A stretch of 64,000 nt of DNA from Thermoplasmata archaeon. GTDB taxonomy: Archaea > Thermoplasmatota > Thermoplasmata > Lutacidiplasmatales > UBA184. Numbering within the stretch: position 1 is the first letter of the stretch; each line of letters begins with the position of its first letter. The notes under the pieces were generated by a model that worked only from the letters and a program-made list of their open reading frames with translations, made no database searches and was not told the origin of the DNA. Both the position numbers and the translations under genes were made by a program. The stretch lies in NCBI GenBank assembly GCA_028864975.1, contig JAGWLG010000006.1:1-64000 (forward strand). The letters are read 5' to 3'. Below are positions 26,968 through 37,213 of the stretch, piece by piece.

Positions 26968-28329
26968 TCACGCCAGGTACCGGAGCGCGTGGAGCCCTGC
27001 CGCCATCTGAGCGCGCACCAGGTCGACGAGCGGGGCGCGTCGTCCCTTCAGATTCCCCTCTAGGCCCTGGGCGACGTGCTCGATCTGGTCCTCGGTGGAG
27101 CGAAGCAGTCCCTCGCGGGCGAAGGTCCCCGGCGCGGCCTGTTCTCCGATGAAACGGTACAAGGTCCCCAGGAGCCTCAGGTCGGTGAACCGTGCCGTGA
27201 TCTGGTTCCGGAACACCTCGGAGACGGTCACCGGACCCTCCGGGGAGGGGATCGGGGCGAGCCCCTCGCGGCGGCTCTGGAACTCGAGGGAGCTCTCGAG
27301 GCAGTCCCGGAAGGTACCGGGCCGAAGGACCCCCTCGCGCTGCAACGTGTGGTGGGCCGAGCGTAGGAGGTTGACCACACGCTCCCGACGCTGGTGCCGC
27401 TCGGCCTCCAGCGACGTGCGGTCCACGGGAGCCTCGGTGCTGTCCCCCGAACGAGGGTCGGGGAAGAGCGGGACCTCGGCCATCATCCCCAGCACATTCG
27501 GGTTGACGCTCTCCCCGTACTCGATGCTGCCGGCCCCGTGCGTCAGGACCCGCCTCGGGTCCAGATTGTGCTCCAGGAGGTACTGGACCGCTTCGTGCGT
27601 CGAGAGGCTCTTGAGGATGAACGGGGAGAGGATCGACCCCCAGGGCTCCTCCGGCACGGCGGGCTCGAGGGGGAGCCCGAGCTGGCGTGGGTGATCGACG
27701 AGGAGCTCCTGCAACCTCTCGATCGGTCGGTTGAGGTAGTAGAACACCCCTCCCGTGGTCGAGTTGTGCAGCGAGAAGATCAGCGAAGGTCGCAGCGTGT
27801 CGATCAGGTGGGCGAGCGCTTCGGTCTCCGGCGGCACGCTCGAGAAGTCGTAGGCGTCCGCGTAGTACGGGAAGCCCCACTCCACCTGCTGTCGGGCCGG
27901 AGGGCGGTAGTAGTGGTGCGCGAAGCGGGAGAGCGAGAACCCGGGATGGGTCATCCACCCTTCGTTCAGACGCAGGCCGTCACGGTCGATCGCGGGGATC
28001 AGGAAGAATCGTGCCCCGAGACGCCGGGTGAGAGACTCCTTCCGGGCCAAAGCGCGCGCGAGGTGGAGCGCGGTGAGCGTGCCCAACGGCTCGTTCGGGT
28101 GGGGGGCCCCGACCAGGAGGGCGACCTTCTCGCCGTCCCCCACCTCCAGCCCGATCAATGCGTCGCCGTGCGCGGTATGGCCGAAACGACGGACCCGGAC
28201 GTCCCCCGGATGTTCCCGGGCCAGCGCGAGCGACGCCTCGTCCAGCTCTGCGGCGGAGAGGAACCTCGGAAGGGTCGGGACCTCGGCGAGGAGCTCTTCG
28301 ACAGCTCCCTCCTCGACCGCGAGCGCCAT
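26968..28329 (-). CDS. M14 family zinc carboxypeptidase
   Basis: GAPHPNEP (HxxE), IDRDG, QVEW, SLHN. Confidence 0.8.
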   Translation of the reverse strand: MALAVEEGAVEELLAEVPTLPRFLSAAELDEASLALAREHPGDVRVRRFGHTAHGDALIGLEVGDGEKVALLVGAPHPNEPLGTLTALHLARALARKESLTRRLGARFFLIPAIDRDGLRLNEGWMTHPGFSLSRFAHHYYRPPARQQVEWGFPYYADAYDFSSVPPETEALAHLIDTLRPSLIFSLHNSTTGGVFYYLNRPIERLQELLVDHPRQLGLPLEPAVPEEPWGSILSPFILKSLSTHEAVQYLLEHNLDPRRVLTHGAGSIEYGESVNPNVLGMMAEVPLFPDPRSGDSTEAPVDRTSLEAERHQRRERVVNLLRSAHHTLQREGVLRPGTFRDCLESSLEFQSRREGLAPIPSPEGPVTVSEVFRNQITARFTDLRLLGTLYRFIGEQAAPGTFAREGLLRSTEDQIEHVAQGLEGNLKGRRAPLVDLVRAQMAAGLHALRYLA

Positions 28330-28360
28330 GGCTCAAGAGAAGCACGGGAGAGCCAAGTAC

Positions 28361-29095
28361 CTACCGTCGAGCTCGCTTGGGGGGGTCGACCAGGGGGTCG
28401 GCGACGCCCGCTTCCCGGAACCCCTTCTCCCGCAGACGGCAGGAGTCGCAATGGCCGCACGGTCGTCGTCCTCCCTCGTAGCAGCTCCAGGTGAGCTTCC
28501 AAGGGACGCGAAGCCTCTCGCCCCAACGCACGATCTCGGTCTTCGTCCGGTGCAGGAGCGGTGCCTCGATCGTGGGGCTTCCACGGCCCTCGACCCCTCG
28601 TGCCGTCGCGAGCCTTGCCAACCGCCCGAAGGCCGAGAGGAACGCCGGTCGGCAGTCGGGGTATCCGGAGTAGTCCACCGCGTTGACCCCCAAGTAGATC
28701 GCCTCCGCGCGCCGGGTCTCGGCCACGGCCAGGGCGAGCCCCAGGAGGATCGTGTTCCGGGCGGGCACATAGGTGGAGGGGATGGTGGACGCTGCCCTGG
28801 AGAGGCTCCGTCGGTCCTTGGGGACGCGAGCACCGGGCGTGGTGAGGGCCGACGGGGAGATCTTCCCGAGGGGAACGACGACCTCCAGGGCCTCGCGGGC
28901 CCCGAAATGCCGTGAGAGGGCGCGGGCAGAGCGGAGCTCGCGTTGGTGCCGCTGGCCGTACTGGACGCTCAGCGTCACGACCGGATGCCCCCTCGAACGC
29001 GCGATGGCCAGCGTCGTGGCGGAGTCCATGCCACCTGAGAGGAGGACCACGGCGGGGCCTCGCTCCCGCGCCGTGCGACCTGCTTGTCCCTTCAC
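28361..29095 (-). CDS. queC: 7-cyano-7-deazaguanine synthase
   Basis: LSGGMDS, YGQRH, STYVPARN, DYSGYPDCRP, TWSCY...CGHCDSC. Confidence 0.95.
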   Translation of the reverse strand: MKGQAGRTARERGPAVVLLSGGMDSATTLAIARSRGHPVVTLSVQYGQRHQRELRSARALSRHFGAREALEVVVPLGKISPSALTTPGARVPKDRRSLSRAASTIPSTYVPARNTILLGLALAVAETRRAEAIYLGVNAVDYSGYPDCRPAFLSAFGRLARLATARGVEGRGSPTIEAPLLHRTKTEIVRWGERLRVPWKLTWSCYEGGRRPCGHCDSCRLREKGFREAGVADPLVDPPKRARR

Positions 29096-29107
29096 CTCGC
29101 CGTCCTC

Positions 29108-29893
29108 TCACGCGTAGTAGATGCCGGCCGCCAGCAGACCTGTCGCGAGCATGGCGAGGAAGTTCACGGCCCCCTTCCCGATGAGGCCACGGTTCTCGAG
29201 CGTCGCGCCCAGGACGCTGTCGATCTGGCAGCCGAGGAAACCGAGGAACGTCCCGCCCGCGAACCACAGCGGCACGGAGGTCGTGAGGGCGCCGAGCCCC
29301 CCGAAGGCGAAGAAGATCCCCGCTCCCGCGGCGATGGTGACCAGGCTTCCCACCAGGGCCCATAGCTCCCCGGGGACGCTCACGCCCCCGTTGGTCCCGG
29401 CCTTGACGGGCCCGCCCCCGAGGATGTTCACCGCCTTCCCGGAGAGGACGCCGAACTCGCTCGCGAAGGTATCCGCGGTCCCGCAGGCGAGCGCGGCGAC
29501 GTAGACGAAGGAGATGAGGCCCTGGGAGCCGCCGGCCAGTCTCAAGGGAAGCAGGAGCACCAGGGCCATGGGCACGACGATGTGCGAGAGGACGTTCCGC
29601 ACGCCCCGCTCCCCGGCCTTCCCCTCGGCGACCTTTCGAGCCTTCTTCTCCTCCCACCCGTAGCGCGTGGCCAAGGTTCCCCCGAGGACGAAGAGGATGA
29701 GCATCGCGAGGTAGGGAGGGCCCCCCACGAGCACGATCACGATGCCGAAGACCCCCGCCACCGCCGCCGCCGCAGGAGTGAGGACCTTCGCCCGGATCGC
29801 GGAGACCGAGAGCGCCAGGGTGACGACGACCCCGACCAAGGCCCCTAGGAGACCCCCGGGAGAAAGGACGGCCAGGGGCACGGCTAAGCTCAC
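29108..29893 (-). CDS. DUF92 family membrane protein (VTE6-like)
   Basis: RGVRNVLSH, ADTFASEFG, GTNGGVS..G, DSVLGATLE, VNFLA. Confidence 0.85.
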   Translation of the reverse strand: MSLAVPLAVLSPGGLLGALVGVVVTLALSVSAIRAKVLTPAAAAVAGVFGIVIVLVGGPPYLAMLILFVLGGTLATRYGWEEKKARKVAEGKAGERGVRNVLSHIVVPMALVLLLPLRLAGGSQGLISFVYVAALACGTADTFASEFGVLSGKAVNILGGGPVKAGTNGGVSVPGELWALVGSLVTIAAGAGIFFAFGGLGALTTSVPLWFAGGTFLGFLGCQIDSVLGATLENRGLIGKGAVNFLAMLATGLLAAGIYYA

Positions 29894-30030
29894 AGCATCC
29901 CCCGAAGGGGGCCGCTCGTGGCCGTGGTATAAAAGGGCCTCGGCGCGGCTCCCGGAACGCTCAAGCTTGAGGTAGAAGGAGCGTGCTCGTCCTCCCCGCG
30001 ATGCGACGGGGTGCGGGTCCTAGGCGCGGA

Positions 30031-30960
30031 ATGGGACCCGAGGCGGCGGAGGCGCTCCTCCAGCAGCTTCGACCGAAGGGGATCTTCGGCACTTCCCGTG
30101 GGGTGTCCCTCGTGGGCGACGCGCTCGAAACCCTCCGCACCCTTCCGCCGAACACCTTCGACCTGGTCGTGACCTCCCCTCCGTACGACGGCCAGCCGCG
30201 GTACGGGGATGGGGAGCGGTACGACCGCGACTGGTACGAAGGGTACTTCCTCGACGTGACCCGAGAGGTCCATCGACTGCTCCGACCTCGGGGGAGCTTC
30301 GTCCTCAACTACCGCTCGAAGCGGGGGGGCTCCGAGCGCGGGACCCTGCAGTACGAGCTGGTGTTCGCCTTGCGCCGCCAGGGCTTTCTCTTCTGCGAGG
30401 ACTTCGTCTGGGGGAAGCCCTCCCCTCCCCCGGGTCGGTTCCGTCGGTTCTTGAAGGACGCCGTCGAGTACTGCTACCAGTTCGCGAAGACCGAGGACTG
30501 GCAGTTCTTTCCCGAGCAGTGCCTCCTCCCCGCGAGGTGGGATGCAAAGGACCGCGCCCGAAGGAGGGCCCTGCCTCAGAACTACGTGCGCGTGTCCGAG
30601 CCGTCGGGGCAGGGAAGGCGAAGGGCGCTCGCCGGCCCGGACCTGGTCCGGCCGTCGACGCTGCTGCTGTTCGAGCCCGAGTTCGCGAAGAACCCTACGG
30701 AGCATCCGGCACGGTTCCCGGTGGAGCTTCCGGAGTTCTTCGTGCGCCTCCTCACCCGCCCGGGGGACCTCGTGCTCGACCCGTTCGCGGGAACCGGGAC
30801 GACGGCGGTGGCCGCGGAGCGATGGGGCCGCCGATGGGTGCTTTGCGAGGCGGATGCGCGCTACGCGAGGGGGCTACCTGCCCGCCTGGAGACGCCTCGG
30901 CTCCGACCTCCCCTGGCGACCGCGGGGAGAAGAGCTGGCCCCAGGACCCGCCACCCCTAG
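30031..30960 (+). CDS. Beta-class DNA methyltransferase, probably N4-cytosine
   Basis: Motif IV TSPPY near the N-terminus, 'HPARFP', motif I 'VLDPFAGTGTT' near the C-terminus. Confidence 0.85.
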   Translation: MGPEAAEALLQQLRPKGIFGTSRGVSLVGDALETLRTLPPNTFDLVVTSPPYDGQPRYGDGERYDRDWYEGYFLDVTREVHRLLRPRGSFVLNYRSKRGGSERGTLQYELVFALRRQGFLFCEDFVWGKPSPPPGRFRRFLKDAVEYCYQFAKTEDWQFFPEQCLLPARWDAKDRARRRALPQNYVRVSEPSGQGRRRALAGPDLVRPSTLLLFEPEFAKNPTEHPARFPVELPEFFVRLLTRPGDLVLDPFAGTGTTAVAAERWGRRWVLCEADARYARGLPARLETPRLRPPLATAGRRAGPRTRHP

Positions 30961-31568
30961 CCCCGGGCCAGGAGCAAGTGGACGGCGGAGAGGAAGTTGG
31001 GAGCCAGCAGGTCGGCGGCTTCGTTCGCCTTCTCCCTCTCCTGAGGGTAGTTCGACTCGGCCCCGGGCTCGGGGACATAGACGGTGGTCATTCCGAGCCG
31101 AGCGCCGGCTTCCACGTCGAGGATCCGGTCACCGATGATGGCGCACCCCCCCAGGTCCAGGTGGTGGTCGCGGGCGGCCTGTTCGAAGAGGGCGGTCCCA
31201 GGCTTGCGGCAGGCGCATCCCTCGGAAGGGGCGTGGGGGCAGTAGTAGAAGGCGTCGACCCGCGTGCCGACCGCTCCGAGCAGCTCCTGGATCCGAGCGT
31301 GGATGGCCTCGACAGCCTCCCTGGTGTAGAGCCCCCGAGAGATCCCGGACTGGTTCGTGACCACGAGGACCAGGAACCCGTGGGAACGGAGGAGCACGAC
31401 CCCCTCGCGCACCCCGCGGTGCAGTTCCACCTTCTCGGGCCCCGTCAGGTAGTGGGTGTCGACGTTGAGGGTCCCGTCCCGGTCGACGAAGACGGCCCGT
31501 CGGAGCCGCGACGGGGCCGAGGGGGCCCGGAACTCCGAGCCCACCTCCCGCTCAGGTGCTGATGACAC
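30957..31568 (-). CDS. HAD-IIIA phosphatase (GmhB / histidinol-phosphate phosphatase family)
   Basis: DRDGTL, VTNQSG, YCPH...CACRKP, IGDRILD. Confidence 0.9.
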   Translation of the reverse strand: MSSAPEREVGSEFRAPSAPSRLRRAVFVDRDGTLNVDTHYLTGPEKVELHRGVREGVVLLRSHGFLVLVVTNQSGISRGLYTREAVEAIHARIQELLGAVGTRVDAFYYCPHAPSEGCACRKPGTALFEQAARDHHLDLGGCAIIGDRILDVEAGARLGMTTVYVPEPGAESNYPQEREKANEAADLLAPNFLSAVHLLLARG

Positions 31569-32283
31569 GGGCGATGCGGAAGTTGCCCTTCTCCAAGAGG
31601 AGCGAGTAGAGGTTCGACGAGTGGTTGGTCGAACGCATCTTCACCACCCGGATGCGCCGTTGGATCGTCTCCTCGTTGACCTTCGCCATCATCAGGTGGA
31701 CGATGCCGTCCGAAAGGTAGTCCTCGCCGTTCGGGCCGTAGCTCTCCACGTCGCGGCGTACCTCCGAGATGAGCAGGCTGGTCACGCCCAGGTCGCGGAT
31801 CCACTCGAAGAAATGGAAGAGGTCGTTGCGCGGGTTCTGGAAGTCCGAAAGGGTCTCCAGCACCGGGAGCGAGTCCAGGATCAGGAGCTCGTACCCCTGG
31901 CTGTCCTTCATGTTCCGGGAGTACATCTTGAGGACCTCGATCCAGGACTTGTTCCCGAGGACGTTCAGGTTCTTCCGGATGAGACCGATGTCGACGATCG
32001 AGAGCTTGTCGCCGACCGCGTCGAGCTTCATCCCGACGCTCTCCATGTTCTGGATCAAGCTCTCGCGCGACTGCTCCATCGTGATGTAGAGCCCCTTCTT
32101 GCCCTCCTTCAGGGCGTTCTCGTAGGCCATGTGGTAGGCCACGGTGGACTTCATCGTACCGGGTTCACCGGCGAGGAGCACGACGTGCCCCGAGGGGATC
32201 CCTCCCTCCATCTTCTCGTCAAGTCCTTCGACGTAGGTCCGGATGCGCGGGATCTTCGGTCCAGCAGCGGGTCCTGGGCTCAT
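31552..32283 (-). CDS. RAD55/KaiC-family single-domain ATPase
   Basis: GLDEKMEGGIP, GEPGTMKST, YITMEQ, LILDSL, DGIVHL, VVKMR. Confidence 0.9.
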   Translation of the reverse strand: MSPGPAAGPKIPRIRTYVEGLDEKMEGGIPSGHVVLLAGEPGTMKSTVAYHMAYENALKEGKKGLYITMEQSRESLIQNMESVGMKLDAVGDKLSIVDIGLIRKNLNVLGNKSWIEVLKMYSRNMKDSQGYELLILDSLPVLETLSDFQNPRNDLFHFFEWIRDLGVTSLLISEVRRDVESYGPNGEDYLSDGIVHLMMAKVNEETIQRRIRVVKMRSTNHSSNLYSLLLEKGNFRIARVIST

Positions 32284-32386
32284 GATCGGTGCTTCCCCTC
32301 TCGTAGCTGAGGTGAGAAATCCTCACGCTCCCCATCGACTTCTCAGTTTAAAGGTGTCGCTCGCGATCCGGACCCGGTGAAGGGCG

Positions 32387-32929
32387 TCAGACCCGTCGCC
32401 CCCTCGGTGCGCGCGGGGTCAAAGTTCGGCGGCGCACTGCGGTCCTCGTGCCCTGCCGCAGTGCGTCGCGGATGATCCGTGCATGGTCCGCGGCCAGGGG
32501 GGGAAGGTGGGCCAGGGAGAACCACCTGGCCTCCGCGGCGTCGTCCCCCCCCAGCGGGGTTCCACCGACCCGCGCGACCCTGAAGGCCACGGTCACAATG
32601 TGCCCGCGGGGGTCACGACGGGGGTCAGAGTAGACCCCCACCAGACCCGCCGGACGCACGTGAACCGAGGTCTCCTCCCGGAACTCGCGAGCCACCGCTC
32701 GCTCGCAGGTCTCGCCGATCTCGACGAACCCCCCTGGGAGGGCCCACCTCCCCTTCCACGGGGGCCTTCCGCGCTGCACCAGCAGGATGCGCCCTCGAGC
32801 GAACAAGAGGCCGTCCACCGTCAGCGCGGGGGTCTCGAGCGGGGGTCGATCGGCGTACGGCGAGAGAGGATAGGGCTTCAAGAGGCCGCGCGGGGTCCGC
32901 GAGCCTCGGGGGCTACGGGTTGAGGGCAA
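32387..32929 (-). CDS. Nudix hydrolase (ADP-ribose pyrophosphatase-like)
   Basis: WALPGGFVEIGET...REFREET, YSDPRRDPRGH, GDDA; start uncertain. Confidence 0.85.
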   Translation of the reverse strand: MPSTRSPRGSRTPRGLLKPYPLSPYADRPPLETPALTVDGLLFARGRILLVQRGRPPWKGRWALPGGFVEIGETCERAVAREFREETSVHVRPAGLVGVYSDPRRDPRGHIVTVAFRVARVGGTPLGGDDAAEARWFSLAHLPPLAADHARIIRDALRQGTRTAVRRRTLTPRAPRGRRV

Positions 32930-33906
32930 GGAACCCCCATGCGACCGACAGCAGAAGTAGCCCTCCGACCAGCCACGGGACCCATCGGACCCACCGCGGT
33001 GGGCCGCGCGGAGGACCGCGACCCGCCGTCGTCCCTGGAGATGGCCCCAGGACCTCCTCGTCCGATACTAAGGGTATCCTTCCCCCGGCCATCGCGAAGG
33101 ATCAGGACACGACCCCACCTCAAGGTTCGGGAGTCCCCCCGCGATCCCTCGAGCCTCTTCGGTCCGGGCTCGGATCCTCCGTCGATCGAGCGATCGAAGG
33201 GTCCTCGGAGGTGGCCTTGCTCTTCTCCGGCGGCCTCGACTCTGCGCTGCTAGCGCTCCTGCTTCGCGAACGCGCTCGTTCTCGGGGGCTCGCGGTCCAT
33301 CTCACCACGATCGGGCTCGAGGGCTCGGCCGACCTCCAGCAGTCCGAGGACGCTGCTCGGAGCTTGGAGATGGCTTGGAGCGGTTCCCAGGTCTCCCGGG
33401 AGGAGGTCGTCGAGGCCGCACGCAAGGTCCGCGCTACGGAGCGTGGCGTGGCACCGAACGCTGGAACCGGAGGGCCGGAGGGGGTCGCGCTCGAGGTGCA
33501 GACCGGGATCTACCTCGCCTTGGCCCACGCGCCTTGCTCGAGGGTCCTTTGCGGTCAAGGGGCCGATGAGCTCTTCCTCGGGTATGCTCACTTTCGGCCG
33601 CTTTCCGGGGAGCGTCTGAGGGTCCGGTACCAGGAGGACGTGCGGCGGCTCCGCGAGGTCGACTGGCCGATGAGCCAGCGGCTAGCGGCGTCCCTCGCGC
33701 GCGATCTTCGCGCGCCGTACTTGGACCCATCCTGGTGCGCGCAAGTCGAGTCATACGCACTCGAAGCTCGACGTCCCTCGGGAGTGCCTAAGGGCCTGCT
33801 CCGACAGCTCGCGGCCTTGATGGGATTGCCCGAGACCCTCGTGCAGAGGCCCAAGAAGGCGCTCCAATACGGGAGTGGGATCCACTCGGTGCTCTCCCGA
33901 GCGTGA
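32920..33906 (+). CDS. Asparagine synthase C-terminal-domain-only protein
   Basis: FSGGLDS, GQGADELFLGY, PYLD, KGLLR, RPKKALQYGSG; no N-terminal Cys/glutaminase domain; true start probably downstream of 32920. Confidence 0.75.
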   Translation: MRARNPHATDSRSSPPTSHGTHRTHRGGPRGGPRPAVVPGDGPRTSSSDTKGILPPAIAKDQDTTPPQGSGVPPRSLEPLRSGLGSSVDRAIEGSSEVALLFSGGLDSALLALLLRERARSRGLAVHLTTIGLEGSADLQQSEDAARSLEMAWSGSQVSREEVVEAARKVRATERGVAPNAGTGGPEGVALEVQTGIYLALAHAPCSRVLCGQGADELFLGYAHFRPLSGERLRVRYQEDVRRLREVDWPMSQRLAASLARDLRAPYLDPSWCAQVESYALEARRPSGVPKGLLRQLAALMGLPETLVQRPKKALQYGSGIHSVLSRA

Positions 33907-34211
33907 GTTCGGGGAGGACCCGAGGGAGGCGGATCCCTCCTCATCTCTCTGGGCTTCCCGGCGAGGGCTCGGCCCAAGTTGGAGGGGCCCCCGACCCGCC
34001 CGCGCCAAGCTCCCTTCGCGTGGGTGCTCGTCTCCGCGACCTCGAGAATTCTGGGTCCACACGGGCCGCCATGCACCGTGGCGGACGAGCTTCGGCATCC
34101 TGAAATAGAGGACCGCGTAACAATAGGTAGTGGCCCCTGCCTCGAGGGGAGGACGGCTCCGCCCCGGTAAGCGATCGTTGCAGTTCCTGACGCACCGGGT
34201 GGGCTAGCTCG

Positions 34212-35801
34212 ATGGCCGGACCTCCACCACCTCCCCCTCCAGCCTCCCCTGCTTCGGGCCCGGGAGCTCCTGCGGCCATGCAGGGTTCCTGGGGGGCCTC
34301 CCCTACCACCCCCCAGCGACCGCGCCACGTCCTCGTGCTGGACATCTCGAAGAGCATGCTGGCCCCCCTCCCCGACCCGAGCGACCCCACCAAGATCCGC
34401 AGGAAGATCGAGGTGGCGAGGGCTGCGACGTACCGCATCTTCGAGGCGGTCCAGTCGCAAGGCGCGGTCTTCGGGCTGGTCATCTTCAACAATGTCGCCC
34501 ACGTGGCCATCCCGCTAACCGAGATCCGCCCCGAGATCCGGCCCGCGCTCGACAACCTGGTCGCGCTCCTTCCCCCCAAGGGCCGTTCCGCCATCTGGGA
34601 CGCGCTCGCCCTGGGGGCCGACCTGCTACGCGTCGAAGGGGGTTCCACGGTCGGCAACCTCGTGCTCGTCACGGACGGGTGGGACAACATGTCCCAGCGC
34701 TTCGGGGCCCCCGGTGTCGACCTCCCTCCCCCTCCTCCGCCTGGGGCTCCTCCGGGAACCTATCCCCCTCCTCGGTCCGACATCCTGGCCTACCTGCTCA
34801 CCCAGGGCAGCCGGCTCGGGCTACGGATCATCGGCATCGGCAGCGGGGTCGAACGCGACAAGGGGGTCGACTCGCAGCGGATGCAGGCTTTCGCCTCCAT
34901 CTACCAACAGCGTTCGCAGCAGTGGCGCCTCCCCTGCACTGTGAGCTACGAGGAAGTGACGACGAGCGAGGAGCTCTTCTCCCGCATGGTCCAGGCCTTT
35001 GTCGACGTCCCGTTCGAGGACGCCCTGGCGGTGGAGAACCTCCATCCGGACGAGCTTGCCGAGGCGGCCGCCTCCGCGGCGCGGGCCCTCCGCGACACCG
35101 AGGGCAAGCGGAGCGTCGTGGGACACCTCGCCTCGGGTCCTGCGGGGGCCGCTCGGGGCGGGACGCGAACTGCCGAGGGCACGTCGAGCCCCGGCATGGA
35201 GGTCGACATCCTGAGCCCCCAGGTCGGTCCGTCGGCCGTGAACCTGCGGGACCGCTACGGCCCGCTGGGGGAGGTCGCAGAGGCCTACATGGCCCGAGAC
35301 TGGGCCCGGGCGCAGGCGATCCTCTACCAGAAGGGGGGACTCATCGCCCCCGTCACGAGATTCTACTGGCAGGCCCGCGTCTACTACGCGCAGGGGGAAA
35401 AGACCGAGGCAGGACGCTACCTTGCTCAAGCCTGGTCCGAGGCCGAGACGCTCGCCCCCCAGGAGCGAGGGCGGGTCGTGCGCCGCCTCGCGCTCCTGCA
35501 GGCGAAGGTCGCAGGGGACAAGGAGACCGAGAGCCTGGTGACCTTCTACGACGCCGCCGAGACGAAGGCGAGGTCCCTCGGCGGGGGGCTGGACAAGAAG
35601 CTCGAGCAGATGTTCGACAAGATCCTCTCGCTACGGGGGACCTATGCGGGCGTCAAGGGGGGAGGGGCCGCAGCGCACGAGGCTCTGGTCGAGGAGATCT
35701 TTGGGCTCCTGCAGGATGCCCGGCTCGCGAACACCGGACGCGAGCCCTCGGTCGATGCTTTCCTCGACTTTGTGGAGATCGCCTTGGCGGAGATGAGGTA
35801 G
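34212..35801 (+). CDS. vWA (MIDAS) domain protein with helical TPR-like C-terminus
   Basis: VLVLDISKS (DxSxS), SAIWDAL, LVLVTDG, IIGIG; Pro-rich N-terminus and insert; C-terminal paired helices. Confidence 0.8.
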   Translation: MAGPPPPPPPASPASGPGAPAAMQGSWGASPTTPQRPRHVLVLDISKSMLAPLPDPSDPTKIRRKIEVARAATYRIFEAVQSQGAVFGLVIFNNVAHVAIPLTEIRPEIRPALDNLVALLPPKGRSAIWDALALGADLLRVEGGSTVGNLVLVTDGWDNMSQRFGAPGVDLPPPPPPGAPPGTYPPPRSDILAYLLTQGSRLGLRIIGIGSGVERDKGVDSQRMQAFASIYQQRSQQWRLPCTVSYEEVTTSEELFSRMVQAFVDVPFEDALAVENLHPDELAEAAASAARALRDTEGKRSVVGHLASGPAGAARGGTRTAEGTSSPGMEVDILSPQVGPSAVNLRDRYGPLGEVAEAYMARDWARAQAILYQKGGLIAPVTRFYWQARVYYAQGEKTEAGRYLAQAWSEAETLAPQERGRVVRRLALLQAKVAGDKETESLVTFYDAAETKARSLGGGLDKKLEQMFDKILSLRGTYAGVKGGGAAAHEALVEEIFGLLQDARLANTGREPSVDAFLDFVEIALAEMR

Positions 35802-35856
35802 CCTTGGGAGTCCGAAAGCATAAGACGGAGGGTCGTCATACGAAGGAGAGTTCGGA

Positions 35857-37206
35857 ATGAGCCCGCCCACACCCGCGAAGACCGCATCGAAGAAGAGGGC
35901 CCCGGCCGAACCTTCCGCCACCGCACCCGCCGTTCCGCAGGCTCCTGTCGTGCCTTCCACCCCGGTCGCGCCGTCGGCGGAGGTGATCGCGCCCGTGGTG
36001 AAGCGGGTCGCTCCTGGCTCGATCCCCGCTCCCGCGCGCAAGGTGGCCCTGGCGCCTCCTACCCCGCGCCCGCTCCCACCCCCTCCCGAGCCCGAGCCGC
36101 CCGCCGCGCCGGCGCTCGCCGCGAAGATCGCGGTGGTGGGGATTCCGGCCTCCGGTAAGACCACCTACTTCCGCTACCTCTCCGGCCACTTCGGCCTGAA
36201 CCTGCCGCTGGTCTACGTGCCGAGCCGCTCCGGCACCGTCGTCCCGCTCTTCGGGGACATCGGGAACGAAGTGGTCATGGAAGAGACGACGTACGAGTCG
36301 GACCCGAACCACCCCGACGCCGCGATGGACACGACGACCCGTCTCTACGTGAACCGCCCGATGGAGGACCCGACGCGGCTTTTCGTCGAGCTGGCCCAAG
36401 GACAGGAAGAGCAGGGGATCCTTACGAAGTACCCCCTGCCGACGAAGTACAACCAGTTCGTCGAGATGAAGCTCAACTTCCGCTTCGGGGTCACGGGGAA
36501 CATCGGGGGAGCGAAGCCGATGGTGCTCCGCACCGTCGACGAGGCGGGAGGGATCATCTCGGACTACTTCACCTACGACCGGCTCTGGATCGGCCACCCT
36601 CAGGAGGAGGTCCCTATGGAGAAGTGCCGGGTCATCCCGCGCTTCGACACGTGGAAGCCGGACCGGCAGGAGCTCTGGCGACGGGGGCTGACCTTGATGG
36701 GAAGGTTCACCGTGGACGCCGACGGGATCATCCTGCTCCTGACGCCCCAGCTCGGTTCGCTGCGCGACAGCGCGCAGCAGGTGAACCTGGCCCGCGGGGT
36801 CTTCCGCTACGCCCGTCAGCGAGGGATCCCGGTGGTCATCGCGATCTCGAAGGCGGACCTTCTGAAGGAGTTCTACCTCGAGGTCGAGCAGGTCCTCACC
36901 AACCGGGGGTACCTCTCCCCCTTCGACGCAAACCGTTTCCTGACCGAGCGGGACGGGAGCGGGCTCGGCAGCATCCTGGCAGCCCAGGAGGGCCGAGGGT
37001 TCTCGACGAAGCAGGACGCCTTCCTGGTCGCCTCGGCGATCTCCACGGGGGAAGGCCGACCCCTGCTCTACGGCGACACGGCGGACGTGGACCTCAACAA
37101 CGGGGCCACCGCCGGGGTCCCGGTCATGGTCAACACCACCCTGCCGCTGGCCAGGATCTGCGAACGCGTCCTGACCCAACGAGGAGAGGCCCCCGCGGGC
37201 GCCTGA
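35857..37206 (+). CDS. Stand-alone TRAFAC-like GTPase domain protein
   Basis: G1 GIPASGKT (36139-36162), G2-like PLPT, G3 DEAG (36538-36549), G4 SKAD (36847-36858), G5 SA; SD GGAG upstream. Confidence 0.75.
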   Translation: MSPPTPAKTASKKRAPAEPSATAPAVPQAPVVPSTPVAPSAEVIAPVVKRVAPGSIPAPARKVALAPPTPRPLPPPPEPEPPAAPALAAKIAVVGIPASGKTTYFRYLSGHFGLNLPLVYVPSRSGTVVPLFGDIGNEVVMEETTYESDPNHPDAAMDTTTRLYVNRPMEDPTRLFVELAQGQEEQGILTKYPLPTKYNQFVEMKLNFRFGVTGNIGGAKPMVLRTVDEAGGIISDYFTYDRLWIGHPQEEVPMEKCRVIPRFDTWKPDRQELWRRGLTLMGRFTVDADGIILLLTPQLGSLRDSAQQVNLARGVFRYARQRGIPVVIAISKADLLKEFYLEVEQVLTNRGYLSPFDANRFLTERDGSGLGSILAAQEGRGFSTKQDAFLVASAISTGEGRPLLYGDTADVDLNNGATAGVPVMVNTTLPLARICERVLTQRGEAPAGA

Positions 37207-37213
37207 ACGGGTC

